A stretch of DNA of 64,000 nucleotides from Candidatus Latescibacterota bacterium (GTDB taxonomy: Bacteria > Latescibacterota > UBA2968 > GCA-2709665): positions 2,752,001 to 2,816,000 of the forward strand of contig OZ220733.1 of the NCBI GenBank assembly GCA_965116875.1, given 5' to 3'. A program made the translations under genes and the position numbers. Under the pieces are notes generated by a model that had not been told where the DNA came from, made no database searches, and saw only the letters and a list, made by a program, of their open reading frames with translations. Within the stretch, counting starts at the first letter, position 1, and the number at the start of each line of letters is the position of its first letter. Shown here piece by piece: positions 56,804 to 64,000 of the stretch.

Positions 56804-59800
56804 ATGCGAATACCACCGGTGTACACGAAACTGAAGGACCTGAATCTCGATACGCAACTGGTCCTGAGCGGTAAGGCAAATGCGACGATCGTTGTCCCGG
56901 AGAGTGGACTTTACGCCGGGGCCGCGAGTCGCGTTCAGGCGGCGATTCAGGCACAGACCGGGGTACTCTTACCCGTTGTCAATGACACATCCGCAGCCGG
57001 AGGCGTGCCCATCTCCGGGCATCTCATCGTCCTTGGCAACCGGTCCGGCAACCGGACCATAGAATCGCTCTACAACCTGTACTACACGCTGCTCGACCTG
57101 CGCTATCCCGGACCGGGCGGGCACGAGGTCCGGTCGCTTCACAATCCGTTCGGCAACGGTTGCAACGTGATCTTTGTGGGCGGCAGCGATGCGGAGGGCG
57201 TGGAAGCGGCGGCCGACGTACTGGCGGGGAAGGTGTTGGACGCGGAGGCCGGGGAGGGCGGGCTTACCCTGGGCTGGCTGATGGAGATCGAACTGGGTCG
57301 GGGGGTCCGGGTTCCCGAGGACATCCGGGAATTCGAGACCTGGGAGGCGTCCGCCGGGTACGGTTCGGTGGGGTATTTCGGGTGGAACAGCATCAGCAAG
57401 CGAATGGCGATGTACTACATGACCGGAGACGCCTTTCACGCGCGCGAAGCCATCCGGCTGGCCTTCCCGGACGACCGGGCGATGGCGGAAATTACGGAAA
57501 TCGACGGAGAGCGGATCGAGAACAAGGACGAGCCGCTGAGCGGACCCTACCATTACAACGCGCATATGATGATCCTGTACTGGGATCTGATAGAAGAAAG
57601 TCCCGTATTTACGGACGATGAACGCCTGCGTGTGACCAACGCGTTCGCCGCACAATTCGGCCACGCGCAGGACCAGGGCGCCAGGCGGCGGGTCGTTGAA
57701 AACGTGCGTCGCGGCGCGAGTGGATTCGGAGAACCGCCGCACAGCGTGGGGTCGCGGCACGGGCAGTGGTCCGCGATTTCACTGTACTGCCTGGGCCGTT
57801 ACTTCCAGGCCTGTTACCCGAGCCCCCTCTGGGAGCAATCCATGGATGCCGCCAGGTGGCATTTCGCATCGCTGCATCACCACGCCCTGGTGGACGGGGA
57901 ACACGACAATCTATTCTGGTACAATACGGGAATGGCTCCTGTTCTGAGCTATATGCTGCTTACGGGCGACCGGAAGCCCATTGAAAACGGCGTGATGGCC
58001 AATCTGCTTCGCGGGCAGGAGATCCTCGCCTCGGGGCGCGAACCCGACTGGGCCCTGAGTTCCGCGTCCATCGGATTTCTCAACAAGGCCGCCTATCTGA
58101 CCGGTGACGGCCGTTACCGCGAGTACCTGCGCCGGACCGGGATGGACCTGAACATCTTCCGGCTGGGGCAGTCCTTCTGGCCGGAAGACGATATCGAGCC
58201 CGGCCTGCCCACGGATCTTGTGAACCAGTGGTCCATCCATCCCATCCCCGAGCCGCTGTGGCAGGAGCGTCACAGCGGATTGCCGCTTGAAGACTCCTTT
58301 CTATTCGGCAGTTTTCGGAGCGCGGCGGATTCGACCGGCGATTTCATCCTGGCGAAGGGGATGAACGGCGCGTCCCGAAACGCGTATCACACCTTTGTCG
58401 TCCTGGAGTTGCGGCTGGATGGAGAAACGTTGCTGGAAGGCTATCTGAACCAGGTGTTGACGCGTTCCGAAGGGATGGTGGAGCCGGTGGTGGCGATGGA
58501 TTCCGCGCTGAAGTATCGGGACGTGGTCGGTGGGACGGCCGTGGTCGCGGCAGAGGTACCGAGGGCGGCGTTCTGCGCCTGGCGCAGGACGCTGGCGCAG
58601 CGCGTCGGCCGGTATACCCTGTTTGTCGACAGGCTGACATTCCGTGCGGACAGCGAGGAGCTGGAGGTGGAGTTCCTCTGGCAGGGGAAAGGCGCGTGGG
58701 CGGCATTGCCGGATGGCGGCGCCACGCGTATCCGGGAAATCGCCCGGATCTGTATGTCGGATCCGGTAGAGACGAACGTTGAGGACAGCCAGGCCCGCAT
58801 GCTGTGGCGGGGTGCCGTGAAGAAGGGAAGCGGGAAATGCTGGTTTTCGTTACTGGCAGGGGACGGGACGGCGTGCGCGCGGCTGGACGAAAACGCCGCG
58901 GCACTGGCGCTTCCGGAGCCGGCCGTGGCCGTCTCTGGGGAATACGAGGGACTGAACGGCGAGCTTGTGGTGCTGGCCGGTACCCATCTGCACGGCGTCA
59001 ACCTGACCGCGGCGGCGCTGGGCGCGTTGCTGTTCCGCGCCAGCGCGCCGGTTCAGGTCGACTGGGACTTTTGCAGTGGCGCCATGGAGGTGGTCGCGGA
59101 TGAAGAGACCGAGGTCCGGCTCACCGTTTCCGATCCGGACGGCGTGCGCGTTGGCGGAAACGTCGCGGAGTACGGGACGGATGGACCGGGTGCGGCGACC
59201 CTCCGAATCCCCGCGGGGAGACATTCAGTTTCCGGCGCGGCGCCTGACGCGGCCGCGCTTGAAAGGGTGACGGCGCGGCTTGCGGGCCTTCTGGAGCAGG
59301 GCCGGGATGCCAGACGGCAATCCGCGGCCGCGCCATCGCCCGTTTTGCCGGATGTGCCGTCCCTGTCGCCGGTTTTCGCGTCCCGGGCGGGTGGCGGCGT
59401 GGTGGACCTGGTCGCGGTGGATTCCGGCGGGAGAACGCTGATCTGCGCTGCCGAAAACCGGAATGTCCACGTGATTTCGCAGGACGGTGAAAAACTCCGA
59501 TCCATGCCGACGGACGGTCCCATCCGTCTCCTCCACTGGTGGGGGGAACACGGCCTGCTTCTGGCCGGATGTGAGGACGAAAAGGTCGTCGCGTTCGATC
59601 CGCAATCCGGCGTCCGGAAGTGGGTCTTCGTTTCCGAGGAAGACCCCGCCGTGTTCAGGGCCGCGAAACCCTACTGGTTCAAGACGGCGCCGGGACACGC
59701 GGGCGTTCACGGACTCCATTCAGGCGTTTTTCTGGATGGCAGAAGCCAGGCATTCGTGGGCAGCGCCTGTACGCTCGAGATTCTGGATGAGGACGGGAAC

Positions 59801-60520
59801 CTGGTGAAACGGCTCCCGGTATTCTGGGGCCCGGGTTCCCGGTTCGCCCTGATCGACGGGCCCGAAGGCGGCATCGATCTGCTGATCGCAAGGCAGCCCA
59901 CGGATTCCCACGCGATGGCCGTGGTGAATAACCGGGAACTGGATCCGAAGCAGCGCGCTTTCCGCGACGTGCCGGACGGGCATACGGATATCGGCGGGTG
60001 GGCTTGCATGAGCCGGAAGCACATTTTTCACGAGGACCTTGACGGGGACGGCAGGAGGGAAGTGGTCAGCGAGATCAACGGGACCTGGAACCGGGTGACG
60101 GTCTGGACGGAGGACGGGCGCGCCCTGCACAACGTACATCTGGGCCCGGGGCAGCGTATTCCCGCGGACAACGTGCGGGACTTCGACGTTATCGACCTGG
60201 ATGGCGACGGAAGGAAGGCGCTCCTCGCTGCGCTGTCGGGCGGGCTGATTCTCGCCCTCGATCACCGGTGTGAGAAGGTCTGGTCGAGGCGGCTGCCGTC
60301 ACCACCGGCAGTGATGGCGGCATCGAGAACCGGGAGCGGCGTGAGTGTGGTGGCGGGATGCGAAGACGGGACCCTGGTCGTCCTGGACGGCGAGGGAGAG
60401 GTCGTCCGATCGGGCAGGTTGGACGGGAGGCCGACCTGCATAGAGGCGATAAACGGAGCGGTTGTCGTGGCCACGGATGAGGGGCAGGTCAGCGGGTGGC
60501 GCGCGGACGACGGGCGGTAA
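56804..60520 (+). CDS. 1238-aa multidomain lyase-fold/propeller protein, paralog 2
   Basis: KLKDLNLDT, YPGPGGHEVRSLHNPFGNG, WDLIEESPVF shared with the 29824 gene. C-terminal DLDGDG repeats and AGCEDG. Confidence 0.72.
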   Translation: MRIPPVYTKLKDLNLDTQLVLSGKANATIVVPESGLYAGAASRVQAAIQAQTGVLLPVVNDTSAAGGVPISGHLIVLGNRSGNRTIESLYNLYYTLLDLRYPGPGGHEVRSLHNPFGNGCNVIFVGGSDAEGVEAAADVLAGKVLDAEAGEGGLTLGWLMEIELGRGVRVPEDIREFETWEASAGYGSVGYFGWNSISKRMAMYYMTGDAFHAREAIRLAFPDDRAMAEITEIDGERIENKDEPLSGPYHYNAHMMILYWDLIEESPVFTDDERLRVTNAFAAQFGHAQDQGARRRVVENVRRGASGFGEPPHSVGSRHGQWSAISLYCLGRYFQACYPSPLWEQSMDAARWHFASLHHHALVDGEHDNLFWYNTGMAPVLSYMLLTGDRKPIENGVMANLLRGQEILASGREPDWALSSASIGFLNKAAYLTGDGRYREYLRRTGMDLNIFRLGQSFWPEDDIEPGLPTDLVNQWSIHPIPEPLWQERHSGLPLEDSFLFGSFRSAADSTGDFILAKGMNGASRNAYHTFVVLELRLDGETLLEGYLNQVLTRSEGMVEPVVAMDSALKYRDVVGGTAVVAAEVPRAAFCAWRRTLAQRVGRYTLFVDRLTFRADSEELEVEFLWQGKGAWAALPDGGATRIREIARICMSDPVETNVEDSQARMLWRGAVKKGSGKCWFSLLAGDGTACARLDENAAALALPEPAVAVSGEYEGLNGELVVLAGTHLHGVNLTAAALGALLFRASAPVQVDWDFCSGAMEVVADEETEVRLTVSDPDGVRVGGNVAEYGTDGPGAATLRIPAGRHSVSGAAPDAAALERVTARLAGLLEQGRDARRQSAAAPSPVLPDVPSLSPVFASRAGGGVVDLVAVDSGGRTLICAAENRNVHVISQDGEKLRSMPTDGPIRLLHWWGEHGLLLAGCEDEKVVAFDPQSGVRKWVFVSEEDPAVFRAAKPYWFKTAPGHAGVHGLHSGVFLDGRSQAFVGSACTLEILDEDGNLVKRLPVFWGPGSRFALIDGPEGGIDLLIARQPTDSHAMAVVNNRELDPKQRAFRDVPDGHTDIGGWACMSRKHIFHEDLDGDGRREVVSEINGTWNRVTVWTEDGRALHNVHLGPGQRIPADNVRDFDVIDLDGDGRKALLAALSGGLILALDHRCEKVWSRRLPSPPAVMAASRTGSGVSVVAGCEDGTLVVLDGEGEVVRSGRLDGRPTCIEAINGAVVVATDEGQVSGWRADDGR

Positions 60521-60542
60521 GCCGGAAGCACCGGGAGGAAAA

Positions 60543-63500
60543 ATGAGATCGGATCAGGGGTCGGTCGGACTGAAAGTCGACAAATTGAAGGACATGCACC
60601 TGGAGACGGTACTCGCGGCCGGCGGCCAACCCGGCGGGAAGATTGTCATCGGGGACAGCCCGGCGCAACGGCGTCCGGCAGACCGGATCGTCGAACGGAT
60701 CGAAGAAACCACGGGCGCCCGTCTGCCGGTCGTCCGTGCCGGCGGGGTGTCGGCTGCAAGGGGGCTGCTCGATTCGCACGTTGTTGCCCTGGGGAATATG
60801 GCCGACAATCCCTTTATCCGCTGGCTGTATTACCAGTGGTGGGCCATTGAGGACCTTTGCTATCCCGGTGCGGGAGGGTACGCGCTGCGGACGCTTCACA
60901 ACCTGCTGGGAAACGGTAAGAACGTCGTCCTGCTTGGCGCCGGCGACGAAGCCGGACTGGATCGCGCCGCGTCGGGGTTTCTTGCAAGAGTCGGAACGGG
61001 TACGAGTGTGCGCTTTGGATGGCTGATGGACGTTGAGTTGGGCCCTGCCTTCGATTCACTCGAACATCCGAAGGACGGCTGGCTGGACGAGCGGCGCGAG
61101 GACTACCTCCGGCAGGTCAGCCAGCCGCACGCCTCGAAGGCCGGTGCGGGGCACGGGATGGTCACCGAGGCGGGAAGGCAGGGGTTTGCGTATCACCGGA
61201 CGGGATACGAGGTCCATGCGAAGGCGTTGCGCGAAGCGGTGGATGCGCACCTGAAGATGGGTGAGCACGGCGTGATGGCGCATTTTAACGTCTGGTGGCT
61301 GGCGGTGATCTGGGAGTTGATCGAGGAAAGTCCGGTTTTTTCGGATGAGGACCGCCTGCGGATCACGCGCTATCTGCTGTGGCTGATGGATTCGCACGAA
61401 GGCGCGTATAACAGATTTTTTCGTGAGGGCGTGGGCCACCGGATGTTGCGGCAGAACCACCAGACGCTGGTGGGCCTGTCGTCATGGTTCGCGGGCCGGT
61501 ACTTCGCCACGCATTACGGGATGCCGGAGGCAAGGGAGTGGCAGGAGGCATCCGCGGACCTGTTCAAGGGGCAGGCGGCATCGTTCAAGCCCACCGAGGA
61601 CGCGAATGCCTACCAGTGGACGACGCTGGACCATCTCCTGACCTATACGATGGCCAGCGGGGACGAGACGTACATTGAAAACGGCAACTGCCGGCGGTCG
61701 CTGGACCAGGCGGTGATGTACTGCAACAACCGGGGAGCCATGCCGCCCTTCGGCGATTCCGGGGGATGCCAGGTGCCGCCGCCTGCGAGTTTCCTGGCGA
61801 AGGCGGGACACGTGCTGCGGGACGGACGCGCTGAATTTCTCATTCGCTCACATTCGGACCGGGTGTCGCTCATCCATGGATTCGAGAAATATTTCGGCGA
61901 CGGCCTGGCGCCCGAAACCCCATCGGAAATGGCGGGCGTGCGGGTGCTGGAGGTTGCGAACGGCTTCTACGACTTCGCCACGGACCCGAAGGCGCGGCCG
62001 TCGGAGGTGAAGCCCCTGAACCTGCCTCGTGACGAGGCCTTCGACACGGTGTGTTTTCGCGAGGGGTTCAACCGGGACGACCAGTACCTGATGATCCACG
62101 GGATCTCGTACGGCAACCACGGGCACGACGACGGAAACACGATCGTGGAATTTTCGGCGAATGACCGGGTGTTTCTGGTGGATGCCTCCTACACGGAGGG
62201 CCCTACCCTGAAACATCACAACGGGGTGACGGCGGTACGGAACGGGGAGCCGTGGGAGGTGCCCGCCCTGTGCAGTCTGGATCGCGTGGCGGACCTGGAC
62301 CGGACGGGCATGAGCCGGACCTCGATGGATGGGAAATGGGGAGCGCGATGGACAAGAAACGTGGTCTGGCTCAAGGGGCGTTTCTTCGTGGTCATCGATG
62401 AGGTTGAGGCCACGGAGGCCGGGACGTTCGCGCTGGAATGCAACTGGCGGTCGCTGGGGACGCCGACGCTGCATGGGGATCGGCTGGAGACCGTGCAGAG
62501 GGACCCGGACAGCGGGCGGGAGGACCGGTTTGTCCTGGAAGGCGCCGGAGGAGACCGGGTGACGATGGAGCGGGACTGGGAGGCCTTCGGGCACTGGTGG
62601 AAGGACTATCCGTATTCGGATGATTTCGTCAATATCCTGCGCCAAACCGTCAGCCGGGGGATGTCCGCGGGCGACCGGCACACGTTCATCAATCTGTTCT
62701 ACGCGTCAAACGATGCGAAACCGCTGGACGTACGGATGCGGCGCGTCGGAGAGACCGCGGTCCTGATCGAAGGATCGGAGGGGCGAATGCTCATCGGGAC
62801 CGGCGGCGCGGATGGTTCGTTTGCGGTTGGCCCGATTTCGGGAAGTGCAGACGTGTACGCGATCGGAGAGGGGTGGTTCGCCCTGCTCGGAGGCACGTTG
62901 TTGCGCGGAGACGCAACGCTTTTCGAGAGCGACGCGGCGGTGTCCGTCGAGTTGGACATGGAATCCGGCGAAGGTGTGCCGACTGCGCTGTGGAGACTTC
63001 CCGAATGGCGTCCCGATGGCGGATCGGCCATCCGCAAGGGTTCGGCGCCGTCCCTTCGTCCCGTATGGTCACATGACTTCGGGTCCGCGGTTCGATGCGC
63101 GGCGGGCAGGGGAGAGGGCGTGGTTGCGGGGACGCAGGACGGGCGCGTGGTTGCGCTGTCACGGGAAGGAGAAACCGATTGGACGTTCCGGGCCGGGGAC
63201 GCGGTGTTGTCGGTGTGCGCGGCGGGGCGGGACGGGGACGCGGGCACTCCGGTGGCGGCCGGCGCCAATGACCGGTGTCTCTACTACCTGGATGGCGAAG
63301 GCGCCGTGCAATGGTCCCACGAGTTCGAAATCTTCCGGGGCGGATGGGCGTGGTATACCCGGAATTCCTCCGTCGAGCTTGTCAAGGCGGCTGACCTTCG
63401 CGGCACCGGGCGGCCGGATATCCTGGCGGCGGTCACCGACCGGCAACTTCACTGTTTCGACGCGGACGGCAACAAGCGCTGGAATTTCTTCATCTACGGG

Positions 63501-64000
63501 ATCTTCGACCCGTTCTGCACGGCGGACGTGGACGGAGACGGACTTCCTGAAGTGATCGGCGGGCCCGGCAGGATTTCATGCGGCGGGACCTGCTACGTGT
63601 TGGATGCGGATGGAAATGCAATCGCGGAAAACGGGCTGGACGGGTGGCCGTCGATGCTGCCCGGGTGCGACGTGTATCTGTACGGGAACGGCGACAATCT
63701 GATCGCGTGCGGAACGACCCGATCGAAGGTGCACGCGCTGAGGCTCGACGGCCAGAAGCTGGCGTCCCTGTGGACGCGGGAGGTGGGCGAAGAGGTGCAT
63801 GCGGTTGCCGCGGTGGACCTGGACGGCAACGGGAAGCCCCAGGTGGCGGCAGGGGCGGACTGTTACTACCTCTACCTGTTCGACGAAAACGGCATCGAGC
63901 GATGGCGGCGCAACCTGGAGGCCCCTGTGCGTCGGCTGTTTGGCATCGACGTGAATCAGGACGGCGCGCCGGAGATCGTCGCCGGGTGTGAAGACGGGAG
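60543..64000 (+). CDS. Multidomain lyase-fold/propeller protein, paralog 3, partial (runs off right edge; absent from ORF track)
   Basis: GGAGGA SD, ATG 60543: MRSDQGSVGLKVDKLKDMHLET...VALGNMADNPFIRWLYYQWW...RQNHQ...NHGHDDGN. The last codons (VAGCEDG) fall in the same frame as the start. Closely collinear with 29824..33567. Confidence 0.85.
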   Translation, partial: MRSDQGSVGLKVDKLKDMHLETVLAAGGQPGGKIVIGDSPAQRRPADRIVERIEETTGARLPVVRAGGVSAARGLLDSHVVALGNMADNPFIRWLYYQWWAIEDLCYPGAGGYALRTLHNLLGNGKNVVLLGAGDEAGLDRAASGFLARVGTGTSVRFGWLMDVELGPAFDSLEHPKDGWLDERREDYLRQVSQPHASKAGAGHGMVTEAGRQGFAYHRTGYEVHAKALREAVDAHLKMGEHGVMAHFNVWWLAVIWELIEESPVFSDEDRLRITRYLLWLMDSHEGAYNRFFREGVGHRMLRQNHQTLVGLSSWFAGRYFATHYGMPEAREWQEASADLFKGQAASFKPTEDANAYQWTTLDHLLTYTMASGDETYIENGNCRRSLDQAVMYCNNRGAMPPFGDSGGCQVPPPASFLAKAGHVLRDGRAEFLIRSHSDRVSLIHGFEKYFGDGLAPETPSEMAGVRVLEVANGFYDFATDPKARPSEVKPLNLPRDEAFDTVCFREGFNRDDQYLMIHGISYGNHGHDDGNTIVEFSANDRVFLVDASYTEGPTLKHHNGVTAVRNGEPWEVPALCSLDRVADLDRTGMSRTSMDGKWGARWTRNVVWLKGRFFVVIDEVEATEAGTFALECNWRSLGTPTLHGDRLETVQRDPDSGREDRFVLEGAGGDRVTMERDWEAFGHWWKDYPYSDDFVNILRQTVSRGMSAGDRHTFINLFYASNDAKPLDVRMRRVGETAVLIEGSEGRMLIGTGGADGSFAVGPISGSADVYAIGEGWFALLGGTLLRGDATLFESDAAVSVELDMESGEGVPTALWRLPEWRPDGGSAIRKGSAPSLRPVWSHDFGSAVRCAAGRGEGVVAGTQDGRVVALSREGETDWTFRAGDAVLSVCAAGRDGDAGTPVAAGANDRCLYYLDGEGAVQWSHEFEIFRGGWAWYTRNSSVELVKAADLRGTGRPDILAAVTDRQLHCFDADGNKRWNFFIYGIFDPFCTADVDGDGLPEVIGGPGRISCGGTCYVLDADGNAIAENGLDGWPSMLPGCDVYLYGNGDNLIACGTTRSKVHALRLDGQKLASLWTREVGEEVHAVAAVDLDGNGKPQVAAGADCYYLYLFDENGIERWRRNLEAPVRRLFGIDVNQDGAPEIVAGCEDG

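Noticed and set aside
29824-64000. Possible diversity-generating retroelement template/variable repeat pair among similar segments (29.8-33.5 kb vs 60.5-64 kb; 39.2-41.2 kb vs 41.5-43.4 kb)
   Set aside because: Similarity spans whole coding genes, the differences inspected are mostly synonymous rather than adenine-specific, and no reverse transcriptase is present; ordinary paralogy.

Overview
GC-rich bacterial chromosomal segment. The Gram-negative envelope genes, PorV/PorQ-type barrel and paired EF-hand dockerin-like tags suggest an FCB-group lineage such as Ca. Latescibacterota (inference only). Positions 1-10.9 kb form a minus-strand enzyme cluster: kelch protein, CocE/NonD hydrolase, two AAC(3)-family acetyltransferases (one fused to a TIM barrel), MBL hydrolase, GNAT and a heparinase II/III-like protein. 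An intact-looking 1865-bp IS1380-family element with a CTAGG target duplication interrupts this cluster. From 11.4 kb to the end all genes are on the plus strand: an outer-membrane cassette (small beta-barrel, TonB-dependent transporter, large secreted protein with a T9SS/FlgD-like C-terminal domain, PorV/PorQ barrel), two FGE/SUMF1-like lipoproteins, TPR, CRTAC1-like and GWxTD proteins, six more heparinase II/III-like lyase-fold proteins, two Gfo/Idh/MocA oxidoreductases, a CNNM/CBS protein, an orphan DNA methyltransferase and two tandem dockerin-tagged S55 peptidases. The best candidate for an undescribed system is an inner-membrane triad: two DUF6785-like (OPT-like) polytopic proteins flanking a 1570-aa pseudo-M28-peptidase/MacB-FtsX fusion, with no ATPase in the window. 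With the SusD-less TBDT-CTD protein-PorV cassette and the mostly cytoplasmic lyase-fold enzymes, it may form a non-canonical glycan-utilisation locus. No rRNA, tRNA or CRISPR array was seen. All family calls come from motif reading, not database searches.
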